Positions 1 through 38,858 are shown, numbered from the stretch's first letter. The stretch is 64,000 nucleotides of DNA from Phyllobates terribilis (GCF_046119375.1 NW_027362767.1:247566001-247630000), one strand, 5' to 3'. The notes: generated from the sequence alone by a model not told the origin. Translations and numbers: made by a program.

Positions 1-290
1 CAGCTCCACCCCTGTCTCACAGGTTGGGTGTGGTATTGCAGCTCTGCACCATTCACTTTAATGGACCTAAGCTACGATGCCAGACATGAACTGTAGGGAA
101 ATGCAGTATAAAATGTGAACCAGCGATTATTCTGCCATCTCTGCAGATGTCTCATGCAATATAAATTTATGCATTATAAGATGCAGTTGTAATGAATGAT
201 TGATGGCATGTAGTGATCTCCTCAACCGTTTTAATGGCTCCTAATGTGCTGACTCAGATTACCGAGACCCCTGCTGCCCCCATCCTCAAT

Positions 291-296
<6 letters not shown>

Positions 297-348
<52 letters not shown>
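297..348. repeat. (TA)n microsatellite with one TT interruption
   Basis: Direct reading of the alternating TA run. It also explains the IYIY stretch in ORF 213..485. Confidence 0.97.
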
Positions 349-439
349 TTCTGCAGCCATGGTTGACTGCTGTGCTTATCAGGTCATTATTGGGTGGGAC
401 GTTTTGTGCTGATTCATTCTATCTATATCGGTCAGATCT

Positions 440-551
440 GTTGCTTGCAGTCACCACTAGAGGGGGCTTACTGCAGACTAGTTAATCATTGTGTTCAAGA
501 GCAATACCATGTGCAGAAAGAGCCCTCTAGTGGCGGCTGCAGGTAGCCAGG
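440..551. mobile_element. Short palindromic MITE-like repeat with CTCF-like motifs in both arms
   Basis: Left arm TTGCAGTCACCACTAGAGGGGGC is inverted relative to right arm GAGCCCTCTAGTGGCGGCTGCAG. Confidence 0.55.
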
Positions 552-629
552 CTTTTAGATGTAAAGCTGATCTGTTACTAGATTTCCCAATACTATCTGC
601 AGCTTGTACTAAAAAATGTGAGATCTCTG

Positions 630-1294
630 CAGCAGGAGTAGCTGTCAATCAGACTAGGTGGGAAGATTCAGCAAGGGAGGAGGGACGATTGAGTCATTAT
701 TCAGGCTAGATGGGTTGAGATTCAGCAGCAGGGTGGAGGGACACTGAGGAGTTGTCATTTAGACTAGATGGGTGGATATTCAGGAGCAGGGAGGAGGGAT
801 ACTGAGGAGCTGACATTCAGACTAGGTAGGTTAAGATCCAGAAGGGAGGAGGGACACTTATTAACTGTTCAGGCTAAGTGGCTGTAGGCAGGCAGAAGGG
901 ACACTGAGGAGCTGACATTCAGGCTAGATGGGTGGACATTCAGCAACAGGGAGGAGGGACACTGAGGAGCTGACATTCAGGCTAGATGGGTGGACATTCA
1001 GCAACAGGGAGGAGGGACACTGAGGAGCTGACATTCAGGCTAGATGGGTGGACATTCAGCAGCAGAGAGGAGGGACACTGAGGAGCTGACATTCAAGCTA
1101 GATGGGTGGACATTCAGCAACAGGGAGGAGGGACACTGAGGAGCTGACATTCAGGCTAGATGGGTGGACATTCAGCAACAGGGAGGAGGGACACTGAGGA
1201 GCTGACATTCAGCAGCAGAGAGGAGGGACACTGAGGAGCTGACATTCAGGCTAGATGGGTGGACATTCAGCAGCTGCAGGGAGGAGGGACACTG
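630..1294. repeat. 58-bp minisatellite, about 11 copies
   Basis: Unit ACACTGAGGAGCTGACATTCAGGCTAGATGGGTGGACATTCAGCAACAGGGAGGAGGG recurs at 901, 959, 1017 and onward. Copies degenerate toward 630, and one near 1200 is internally deleted. Confidence 0.95.
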
Positions 1295-2059
1295 CTTCTT
1301 TATAGATATATGAATTTTTCAATAAAACTATGGACGTATTCTAAGAATCCTCCCAGAGAATGAGATATGGCTATTTTAGTGCTTTCCTTATGGGAATCTT
1401 AAAAAGTAGAGCCTACACCCACTTATCATCAGATATTTGTGGTATATACTGTCTCGGGTGGGGTTTGCCCCTTTATAGAGGAGCTGCACTGTCAGGACAC
1501 GTTTGCTCCGTGAAGTAGAGAAAGCCCAGCGCTGTTCTCGGACACTGACGACGGGGTCCACACCGTCACTTATGAGTCCGACTTCCAGGACTGATCTCAG
1601 CATGGTGGACGTCTCCACCCCGGACACCTTCTGTTACTGACATGTCATTTTCTGATAGTTCGGGTGCGGTGGGGTCCAGACACTCCCTGGTGGGAAGATT
1701 CGGGTTGTTGCAGCTCCTGGACTCAGTAGGGCGCAGCAGCCTCTGTGGAAATCTCTTTGCCCTTTTAGGAACAATATGGAGGCCGATTCAGCATTGCGTT
1801 GTCGTTTGATGGCAGCAGACGTCATATTTTACGCCATAACTTAGACCGTTCTTCCCCTACTATTATGACCTAAGTCCTGCCCTAAAATTTTCTGATCAGA
1901 CCCTACAAGTCACAGGGACAGCTCCTACACCTTTACCAAAAATTGTAAAGAACTTCCTATTTTAAAGATGGTGCTTAAGTTAATTCAGAATTGCTATTCG
2001 GCAGAACATTTCCACTACTTCAAAAGCCGGACCTAGGTTCATAGAACAGATCAATTCCT

Positions 2060-2300
2060 TGAAGCCGCCATTTTTCTACTTTCTAAAACGAGCCATTTCA
2101 TGCTTTAAGCCTTCGGCAATATCCGGTATTCTTCGTTCATCTTCGTGCAGGAGCAGCAGTCACGTTTGGAGTAGTGGGCGTGTCTTGTACAACTCGGCTT
2201 TACCTTCGTGTTTTTCCGGAGAGGTTGCGCAGGGTGACGTCAGCGCTTCGGGGCCCCGAGTATAAAAGGAAGCGAGAAACCGCCGAAGCGCTCAGACGAA
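2060..2300 (+). promoter_or_regulatory. Probable SPTAN1 promoter (YY1-like, GC box, CRE, TATA, Inr)
   Basis: CpG-rich. GCCGCCATTTT 2064-2074, GGGCGTGTC ~2176-2184, TGACGTCA 2235-2242, TATAAAAG 2261-2268, Inr-like TCAGAC 2292-2297. Assignment to SPTAN1 is inference. Confidence 0.6.
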
Positions 2301-2352
2301 GATCCGGAGAGTAGGAGTGAGGAAGCTGGAGTGCAAAACGCCCTCAGAACTG
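2294..2352 (+). other. SPTAN1: Probable non-coding exon 1 of SPTAN1
   Basis: Lies about 33 bp downstream of the TATA box and ends at donor CTG/GTGAGG (2353). The first coding exon has only AAA before the ATG, so an upstream non-coding exon is required. Confidence 0.55.
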
Positions 2353-3587
2353 GTGAGGCCGCACCCCTCTCCCCCACCCTGCTGCCCCCACATCTCCCCT
2401 GCCTGCAGACGCACTGTATACCACTGCAGGCTATTGACAATACACAGTACCACCCTCAATAATGGTCGTGCCTGCTTACCCTCTAGTGCTTGCTTTTAAC
2501 CCTTCCATGCCCAGTGCTGCTGCTCCTGATACACCTAGCACTCATACACAGCGACTATATGAATATTTTTGCAAACTATATAATTTGCAGCTAATATATA
2601 ATTGTGCATTAATTTAAAAAAAAAATTAAAATTATTCCTATTTGCGCCCAGGGTGTTTTTGACACCATGCCTGTCAGATCAGGGGTTAATCGATGTGGGT
2701 GTGACGCGGTAACGCCACGGTATGCGGCATCGCCTGGTGTAGAGATGAATGGGAGGCGTCTGATGGGCGATTGTAGAGCTCATATTGTGGGATGACCGGT
2801 CTTATAGGGGGTGTTAGGATACATCGATGATGTTTTCTCTTATGTGTATTATTTACTGTTTTGTGTTCCCATCTAAATGTTTCATATTTTTGATACATTG
2901 TTCCATCGTTACTTCCTGTAAAGGGTTATTGGCTTGTAATAAGCTTTACTATGGCCACCATCTTCATTGAAAACAAGTGACGGCTATTGATGCTGCCCCG
3001 ATTTTCCTAGACTGGGACTACGGATTGGGTGCTCATTGCCCACCATGCAGGACAGCCCCCTCTATCAATGACAGGGTGAGAGGGGGGTGGACAAACTAGA
3101 AAACAATGGCTGTAAAAACCAAATATGGACTGAACCGTCTGGTGCCCTTTAAATATCTCGCTTTCCCATGTAAACACTCCTGTTTCTCTCCCATGGCCAC
3201 CACTGGTGCATACATTTTTAATCCTGTTACCAAGGCTGCTTGGAGCTGGGAGAAGCGTTTAACCCCTACCCACCCAGCTGCTTCTTGTGTCGCATTGTTG
3301 CTGTTGTCTCCACAGGCAGGCCGCCGCGTCCTACGTCTGGGTGTAGTAGGGCGTTAGCTGCAGGAATGTCATTCAGGAAAAATATGAGCCCAAGTCATTT
3401 CCCCGGACGAGGACCTTTTCCGGATTGAACTCTCATACCGACCCACCCACCCAGATGCGTACTCTGCCCTTCGGGAATATGGGGATTTTATTGTTACAAG
3501 GTCATTGTGCTCAGACACACTTTCATTTCTAATCATCTGTCAATCCGCACAAGAAAAAAAAAGGGGGTATTCGCTTTCCACTGATTT

Positions 3588-3656
3588 CAAAACTACAAAC
3601 CTCAGCATACCTTGACAGCTGCTGACTGTCATGGCATGCTGGGAATTGTAGTTTTG
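3588..3656. mobile_element. Short hairpin repeat carrying the ZNF143/THAP11-type motif
   Basis: CAAAACTACAA (3588-3598) is inverted to TTGTAGTTTTG (3646-3656). GCATGCTGGGAATTGTAGT lies at 3634-3652. Confidence 0.65.
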
Positions 3657-6036
3657 CAATAGCTGGAGACTTCTATGGACCCATCTTGATTTAAAATCTG
3701 CTATATTTAGATGATGCATTGGTTGTAAGTTGTTAAAATAGGCAATTGCATAATAAGCAACACCCTAATATTCGTTATTTTACCCAGTCTCGCCCATTAC
3801 AGAGTTAGATCTAATAATAACTTGTAGGGAGGTAAATGTTCGCCAGCATTGTACCTCTGTTGGCAGCTATTTGGGTCACTGCTTGCATTATGCAGACGGT
3901 ATCATGGGTTGGGTTGCATTGTCACTCAAATGTAGGGAATTGCTAATCATGCAATTTCCTAAAGTGGCTCTATTCATTTTCAGAACATTGCATAGTCTTT
4001 GTCCAGCGAAGGCCGCATTATCTAACCCTGTGTGTGTGGAGTTAATTTCTCGCCATGCACACATGCCCTGCATGCTAAGGATTCCAGGCATGCACAGATA
4101 TCTGTGCTCCAGCCAGCTGCCCTCGCTGTGTGACCCCCATCTGCTCCGTCTTGGCAAGTGCTTAAGTTTACTCCAATGTCTAGTCTTACACACCACTAAC
4201 GCATTTCAATGAAAGGTGCTAACCTCAAATATTCTAGTGGCGGAGGGGATTACATAAAGAGCATTTCCCCTTTAAGGGCAAAAAAAAAAATCCTTGCAAT
4301 TATAAAGCTGGGGCTACCCGGCCAAAGATTAATGTATGTTGTGACATCACAGGGTACTGCAGGCGAATGGGGTCAAATTTGGATCCAAAAATGTTGCAAA
4401 AAAAATCCTATTTGTTCCGACTCTTTGGGACGTACTTGTTGCAGTACCCTGCGGGTTGCAATGCGATCCCATTCACCTGCATTATGCAGCGGCATACAGC
4501 GATCTTTATCTGCATGGCCAGAACAGATACTTTGATAAGCCCGTAGGCCGCATGCACCCATCATATGCTGGGGAAAAGGCACATATACAGCATGGCTTAT
4601 GGTTTTCTCTTACTATGGTAGTCTACGGTCAACTCATTGGGTGCTTCTGTCCCTTTAACTTTTCAACTGCATGACTGACGCAGTGCAGGCAGAAACTAGT
4701 AAATGTGCGCACCCCAGGTAACTCCAGAAATGACCTGACAATGCAGCAAAGTTAATTCTAGTGATTTCCTGAGGGAGCGCAATAGATTGCTAATGAGTCC
4801 AGATAGCCGGCACCGTGCCAGCGTATAAATGGACCATCCTGGCAAACCTAATGATGGTGCCCTGCAGGCAAAATGAGTGGCAATGTGATTGGTGATGATC
4901 TCTGGTTACAATGACCTGTCCTGTTTTTAAAGGGTTAGACTTGTCTGGCGCCATGTTGTCTCTCCGTAAGATCCGAGTCCAGGTACCCGGGTGTGCCGTG
5001 CTTGCAGTGATGGGTTTTTGCATTTCTATAAATACTTTTACGCTTTGCCTTTTTTCTTTTCCCCCTTCTTTTGAGGTTGACTTTTATATCGTGTGGTCTT
5101 GGCGTGAATCTGTACTGTATTTGCATGACTGTGTGTACGGCAAGCCTTGCGTCACCATGCTCCTCTCTGTTCTTTTTCGGATGGCATTACACCCGTATTG
5201 TAATGTCATTGCATTATTATTGAATGAGTAGTAGCACTTGAAGTTTGTGGTCAGCGTTGTAAACCAGATGCTGGGATTTATGCAAGCCAAATATTTACCA
5301 ATAATCGTGTTCAATCTCATTTAAGAGCATTAAATTATGATCCTGGGGAAAGTTGGGTGACTATCAAAAGACCTCAATTAAGTTCCTACAAGCGTGGTCA
5401 CCCAGCTTTCCTCAGGCCCCTGTGCAACAAAATTGCCTTGCAGGATGTTTATTAGTCACATTTACCATTCAGGGCTCTGGAAAAGCTGTGTATGAGTTGT
5501 CATGAAAGTCCTATGAGATTTACCAGCATGAGAAACTGTGGATGGGAGGATTGCTTTTCGTTTCCTATGCTGTAGGGTGGTGTGTTATAAAAACATAGGC
5601 GACAGTGTGGTACTGTGCAAGAGCTTACAGTCTAAAACAGGATGTGTAGCTGTCAGGGCATGATGGGAGTTGTAGTGTCCGAACAGCTTGCAGACACTGA
5701 TTCTAGCAGCTTTAGGAGAGAGGCCTTAAGACATCAGGCCTGTCAGATAAGATGCCCTGGTTCTGATGCAGCAGAATAGAAGGTGCGGCATCTGGCACCG
5801 GGTCAGATTTATTACAGGGAGGTTCTGCAGTCCTCAGGATTTGGATCTCTGCAGACTCGCTGATTTCTTGTCTTCTGCACCAGAAAGTAATGTAATAAAG
5901 ACCAACGTGTATGCAGATGCAGCAGAGCTGAATGTCACTTAACCTTTAGCTCCATTTCTTATTTATTGTGATGAATTTCTGTAAAGGTCCATGTAGCAAA
6001 TCTGTCCACTATTGTTATCTGGGTTGTAAATGGGTC

Positions 6037-6467
6037 TTAAAAGGTTATTCCGATCTTCATAGGTGGATAGTACTTGCAAATACAAGCAATTTTGCAATTA
6101 ACTGTTTTTTAAAAATTTTCAGCCGTTCTTGAGATATTAACACTTTTGTTTTATAGCTCGTTGCTTTGGAGACTGACCAACGCTGCTAAACAGCAAAACA
6201 TGTGCAGTGCTTACAAGCGCAAGAGAAAAGAGCTTATGAGCGCTCTTTTGAAGCTGGCCAGGATCACTGGAGCGCACTGTTACCTCCTAATCCCTGCCAT
6301 GTTCAGCGCAGTGCTTACAAGTTACACGACAGAGGTGGTCGGTCTCCTAGGCAACGAGCTGTAAACAAGTGTTAATATCTCAAGAATGGATGCAAATTTT
6401 AATAAACAATAAATTGTGAAAGTCTGTCCAGCAATATTCATCTATGAAGATGGGAATAACCCTTTAA
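6037..6467. mobile_element. T2/Kolobok-like MITE with TTAA target-site duplication
   Basis: TTAA at 6037-6040 and 6464-6467. TIRs AAGGTTATTCCGATCTTCATAG and reverse-complement AGGGTTATTCCCATCTTCATAG. Long internal inverted arms (TTCTTGAGATATTAACAC...GTGTTAATATCTCAAGAA). Confidence 0.85.
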
Positions 6468-7363
6468 GTGGCAAACTCGACTCTGCTTTTTCTTGCAAGC
6501 ACCACTTTATTAACCGCCATTTTGATGCAGTTCCTTCTGAATCCATTTCCATCTAGCAGTCCTCACATGTGATCATAGATCCTTCTGTAAAATCGCCGCC
6601 TTTGTTCAGAGTTGGTCAGGAACCTTCTCAATGAAGCAGCCATGTTTTGCTTTAGCAAGCTATTCTCCTTGCCTGGCCTCGACCTGCATCAGTCACACAC
6701 TGCAACCTTGAAGTGATCCCGTCCAACCAGCGCCGCATCGTCTCGGGCCACCAAGATAGAGGAAATCAGTTTTGCGGCTCAAACTTGCAGTTTCGGACAT
6801 GTAATAAGCTCATGCGGACGTAGTCAGTGACTAAGCAGAGCAGCAATCCTAAGTGTAGCGTGGTGTTCTCTGTTATCAGCCACTTCAGGCTGACGAGTTA
6901 TTGAGAGGAGGGAAAGGGATGACTGACATGGAATACAGGAAGAGATCTCTATCCCCCAGGATCTCTTATTGATTAAAAAGATAGGATAAATACAAAAATC
7001 TGGTAGCCACAAATTTCCCAATCAAAATCTAGCATTCATTTTTCCAGTTGCTAGGATTCTGGAAGCCAATATGGCCGCCATTATTTTTCTCACAATGGTT
7101 GTCACCCAGCTTTCTAGAGTTCTGAATGGCAAATTTTCTTGGTTAGGGGAGGAGTCTTACAAGATTGGATGGAGGCCAATATGGTTCCTCTAACTTTCTG
7201 TGTGGGGGACAACCCTAATGCAAATTGTAATAGTGATCTGGTGGAGATCTGCACCAATGTATATCAGCGGGAGATATCAATGTGTGGGCATGAGGAGGCT
7301 GAGAGAGAGGTGTAATGGCGACCATGTTGGTGGCAATAAAGACTGAGTAAAATAAAAACCAGC

Positions 7364-7458
7364 TGTTGCCCCTAGCAACCAATCACAGTCCAGCTTTCAT
7401 TTTTTAAACTGCTCTGGTAAAATGAAAGCTGCTGTGTGATTGGTTGCTATGGGCAACA
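7364..7458. mobile_element. Palindromic ~95-bp repeat with X-box-like and CCAAT motifs in each arm
   Basis: 40-bp arms TGTTGCCCCTAGCAACCAATCACAGTCCAGCTTTCATTTT and AAAATGAAAGCTGCTGTGTGATTGGTTGCTATGGGCAACA are near-perfect inverted repeats. Confidence 0.8.
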
Positions 7459-10400
7459 GACAGTTTTAATAACTGAGGCCTAATGATTTTTGTTTTATAT
7501 GGCAGGAGGTAAAATTGCAGTACAGGAAGCGTGGTGGGCCGATCTAGCGCCTCACTCACACCATTGTGAGACATACTGGGAGCCGCACACCCCGCGCTGC
7601 CAGCAGAAAGTGCAAAGTGCCTGCATTGCCGCTCTATAAATATCGCCGCAGGAATGTCTTTTATCAGGCAGTTAAGATGCCTTGTCCTGTGTCCTCCGCA
7701 TAGCAATGAGGAATGAGCGGGTAGTAAAATGGTCATTATAGTGTGAATTATGCCTAATGGCAGCTGGCAAAAAGACTGTGTACTCGGTCTATATACCCCG
7801 AGGGTGAGGCCCTGGGGGTATATAAATGCATGATATGTGTAATAAAATATATATTTATCTATTTATTTTCCCAGCATGCTTTGGCAGCCACAGCATATGG
7901 TCATTGAATCGGATACCGTTCACCCTTAGTCCTTACACCCGTTTTCCTCCCTGATGAGCCGTGTTGGTTGCATTGTTTGCAGTGGTGCTGTGTACACAAT
8001 GAATGGGAGAATCTCTTCATGTGCTGCTGAGCGACTCCCCGTTACGGTATATGGGGCTGACGCTCACTTCTCCCACTTTGACAGTGTTGCCCGATCAGAC
8101 CTGATGCAATTCTTGGAAGACGTCAGGGAAGGTATGGTATAGAAGTGGCGTCCCAGGGGTCAGGCGTGGCCACTTTTAGGGGCCACTAAGCGACTGTCCT
8201 CTATACCATACTAGACGTGATGGTGACGCAGTGTAACTTGTTTTTCGGCAAAGGGAAAACCCAGCACGAGGTCTGGCAGATTCTGGTGTTATCAGTGAGG
8301 TGCAGCCGGGAGGGGCATGCATCCGGCGTCCGCTCCCCTATGATGGATCCTGCAGTAATATGGTGACGATGAGCTGCACGCAGTGTTATCAGGGCCCTCC
8401 AGCCTCGGATCGGGGCGGCCCTGGCATAAATACCGACGTGACGGCGCAGAGCAAAGGTCCTTACTGGGAATAGGCAGGAATATGAATTATAAAAAATAAT
8501 TACAGGCAATGATGACATTTTCCCTTTTCTTAAAGATGCAATGATGAGTGAGCCTGTGGCCACGGCCCCACTATCACCAGGAGTGGGTGATAAATGCAGA
8601 ATTGGTGACTTGTTTCTATTATACCTTTTCTCTGATTGTTCCTCACCTGGTTTTGGCTCCCACTCCTGAGAAAAAATACTGACCGAATACGGATAGTGGG
8701 GCCGTGGCCTTACAATGAATGTGGGAGTGTGACTGCCAAAATACTCTAACATGCATAAAGTGGGGGTCTCTTCAATGTATATCCAGGTGCAGCGAGTTAT
8801 GTTCTGCTGAGGGGTGGGGGGATTCCAATCTAACAATCCAATCCTTAGCTCCACGATAGGATCATCAATGAATATTCTTGAACAACCCCTTTAATGAAGA
8901 TCTATACAACTAATTGGGGGGGGGGTTCCTCTCTGAACAGAAAATGGCTACCAAGACTCCTAGGTGGGTGGCGCCTCAGTAGGTGAATGGGCAATGTCTT
9001 GCAGCATTTCCAGATGACCTGAGTGTCTGGTTCCCTTCTGCTGGAGAATAACTTCCATCTTGTACCCTACTTACTGCTCAGTGCCGCTTTGGTGATGCAG
9101 TTGCATTATGCATGATATAAATGCAGACCTAGCAGGGTGGTCCTGACTGGGTGAATGCTTTCTGAGGATCTTGCTTTGCGGTAACGCTGTGCTCTGCATC
9201 GCCGGGTGTCTGCAGGCATCTGCACTGAGGTTGTTAGTATTCTGGCTGCAGGAGGCTGCGGCAGTCCTCTGCTGGTTGGGCGTCTGCAGAACGATTCTGC
9301 TGGGCAGGTTTTTGGCATCGGACAGATAGTGACGCCAGCTGATCTGCTGCAGGATAGATCCGGCCATTAGTGATGCCCCATAGCACTTCAGAACAATGAG
9401 CAGCTCTGCTGACTGTCACAGATAGCCTTTTATCCCGTTAATACCATTATGGGGGCCGGGGCGGTCAGCTGCCTCAGAACATCCCAGAGCTTCGCAAACC
9501 ACTATCATTAGTCCATTTCCTACATCTTTCTAATGCCCATCATCTCGAGCCTGTTGGCCAAAGAGCTTATGCTTTTAAACCCCTTTATCCCTTTATGATA
9601 AGTTGTTAAACTTTTTTTCTGCCATTTTGTACTTGTATTGGATAATGGAAAGTTGTATGACGTGTATTCCAGCTGCTATAGGAGTTGTCACCCAACTTTC
9701 CATGAGTCCTGACTGGCAACTACTCCTCCAGGGTTTGTCACCCAGTTTGCTGAGTAGTTATCCGCCTAGTTATGTGCTGGACTAGGACTGTTTACCTTTC
9801 AGTACTGTGGGAAAGCTGGGTAATGGTGGCTGTAGCAGTCACACAGCTTTCCTAGAAGTGAGAGGGGGGAATGATTGGAATTTATCCAGTGTTTATCCTG
9901 GTAGAAAACTGCGCACGTCCTTCCTCCACATTCCAGGCGCACTGACACAATGCAAACCATCAGGAAACCGTGCTCCAGAGGATGGGGCCCATTGCTGCAA
10001 ATTTCACAGGGTTGGGCCTGAGAACAGGCCCACCATATACAACCCTGGAGACAGCGGAGCAAATAAACTTATTAGTGGAAAGGTGAAACCACAAGCCTCG
10101 TGTTCCTAGAATTAGGCAGACTTGCTGAGAGTCCGGGAAAGCACAGAAGCCGAACTCCCAAAAAGTGGGCTCTAGATGCCCCTGTACATCCTGCCCTGCA
10201 ATGCCGCCCCCCCCCCTCCCAGTATAGGTACCTTCATAGGTGAACACTTTGGGATATAATCCCGGGAAGGGGTGCAATATTACTAGGGATAGGTGACCCA
10301 AGCGCCCAGTAGTTTGATGCTAGTGCCTACCTAATTTGGTTGTACTTCTGAGGTCAATAGAAAGATCTACAGAGATGGGCAAATTTGCTGTCACACATCA

Positions 10401-12100
10401 AACATCAACACGGGCAATCCGCAGATCCGTCTATACCCAGACTGTGAATGTCAGATCGGCCATGTGTTCCAACCATCTAATGTGTATGAAGGTGACCTGA
10501 CCACTTTCCTCCTTGGCGGATATCTGGAGAAAGGAGAGTCAGACATGTTGAAGTCGAAAATTCCCATTCCTTCTGGCCGAGCAATGTGCCTACCTACAGG
10601 AATAGTTCATTCTCCTGACAGCCATCTAGAATATGAGGCTAGCTTTTAAGACTTTGTTCACACAAATGTATCATACGGCCACTGCTGAGAGTGCCTACAA
10701 ACTAACAGTGGTATTTATATCTCATAAGGGGGTTGGCTTGGGTCTGGAGACCTGTGGTTGGTTGGCATTCATTGCAGGCTGTGGTGTGTATACGGGCCGT
10801 ACAATACGTTTGCATGAACGTCTTCTAAGATGTCTGTCCACGTGAAATTATAGTCAAGAGAACCGGAAAAAAAATCTGAATGGCTGACTAGATATTATAT
10901 AATGTACACGGAGCCACCCATCTCTCCACCGTTGGGAGGGAAGCGCCGGATCGGGCATGTTCGATTTCAACATGACCAATCCCTTGTTCTCGTTAGAGAT
11001 AAGGTATCTGGCAGTGGTTTTTGCCCATGTTGTAAATGTATGCTCAGGAACACTGAACGTGCATGTGTATTAACGATGAGGAACATCGGTCGGCCAAATT
11101 ATCCTTTTTCTATGTGTCTGCAATATATTGCCCATCTATAGTATAAGCTGCCAATATACATAAGATAAACGTGTGCCGAGGCCACTGTTTTTGGCAGGAT
11201 TGGCAAAGAGCTAAATTATATGGAGGCCAGCCCCCTCTAAAGTGTTGCTGCAACTTCCATGCCGGTTTTGCTTTTATTCCCACCCATTGCATATAGTCTT
11301 GCCCTCAGATTTGATGATTTTTTTCCACCATTGCATTGGCTTGAGATTTCCTTAGACATGCATTAGATTTTATGGGTGGGCCGCAGCTATTACACCGCAG
11401 GGTCCGAGGGCTGATGCCTAAACTTCATTACATAGACCTCTGGCTCCAGTTTCACCAGCGATCATGTCAGCTGCTGTCTGGCTGCTTTCCCCTATGTGAT
11501 AACAGCGAGGAATGCAGCTGGGAACGTTCCAGATCTATCCAGCATGGAAATGGGAGCAAGAAAGAAGCTGAAGCCATAGCGAAGCTGTGGGGGGAGGGGA
11601 GCTGGTTCTAGGTGTGGCTGTCCGCTGCAGGAATTCAAGGCTTCCCATCTGTCCAGCTCCATTGTCGCCTCCTGCAGCAGTGCTCCTGACAGCTTTATTA
11701 GGTAAAAAGCCCAAAATATCCACAATCAGGGGCATAGAGATGATGTACGCAGCTCTAGTGCAGCCGGATGGTAGAAGTGCTTTTCTATTGCTTATGTAAT
11801 TCATCCGTCATAAAGATGCATTTTATTCTCCGAGGACAGATCACATAAAAAATTAAAGTTAAAATCTCCGCTATTTACGATATTGTATAGGAGGCACATT
11901 TAGCTTTTCTTTAAAAACCTTTTTTGTGTATTTTGCAATATGGATCCCGTGACTTTATCACTGCGGCACTGTGCTTTGGGATGGTGGCAGTAATAGTTTT
12001 GCAGCAGGTGTGGAGATGCCTCGTAAAACACCTTTAATTCTGTAGTAATGCAGGTTTCCTAAATGTTATTCACTGACTTACTAGAACTTTCTTTCAGAAA

Positions 12101-38407
<26,307 letters not shown>

Positions 38408-38540
38408 CGTAACCCTATTAAAGCCCCTTGCTTGTGCCTGCGGACTCTGGCTGTGCATGTCGTCCTCGTTGCGATCCTCTGCCCTCACTGTCTTGTCATT
38501 GTCTTAGCCATCTGAAGAAGCGATATGAGCAGTGTGCTTT

Positions 38541-38546
38541 AATAAA
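38541..38546 (+). terminator. SPTAN1 polyadenylation signal
   Basis: AATAAA 134 nt after the TGA. Confidence 0.75.
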
Positions 38547-38852
38547 TGCTAGTTATTCACCGTCTCGTGTCTGCACTACTTCGGCTCTATCATGTGAAGC
38601 CTTTGTCTTTACCCATTCATATTCTAAACTAGAATTAAGGAAAAAAAAAAAAAAAAAGTGCCACAACAGGCCATGGGTTGTGTGTGGCATTGCAGCTCGA
38701 ACACATTTTCCCTACAGCAGAACCTAGGGTGGTCCTGGATTATTCCCACACTCCATAACAACCCTTTATAGCAAAGTAATGGTGTGTGAATCCAGCACTC
38801 TTACCCCCTATGACATATACAGAGATCAAATCTTGTCTCCCATAAATAAGAC

Positions 38853-38858
38853 TTTATT
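38853..38858 (-). terminator. DYNC2I2/WDR34 polyadenylation signal
   Basis: TTTATT on + (AATAAA on -), 43 nt past the stop codon at 38901. Confidence 0.7.

Noticed and set aside
213-485. 90-aa ORF with an IYIYIY run
   Set aside because: It is a translation of the (TA)n microsatellite.
1388-1825. Minus-strand ORFs near the promoter as the 3' or 5' end of a neighbouring gene such as GLE1
   Set aside because: No similarity to GLE1 or any protein I recognise, and the region contains MITE-like fragments.
4953-4971. ATG followed by a GTAAGA donor as an alternative coding first exon of SPTAN1
   Set aside because: It would be out of frame with the ATG at 12101 and has no promoter features; it lies next to a MITE-like terminus.
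9800-10310. Overlapping 100-113-aa ORFs in SPTAN1 intron 1 as a nested gene or retroelement
   Set aside because: No recognisable motif in any frame and no splice or TIR structure.
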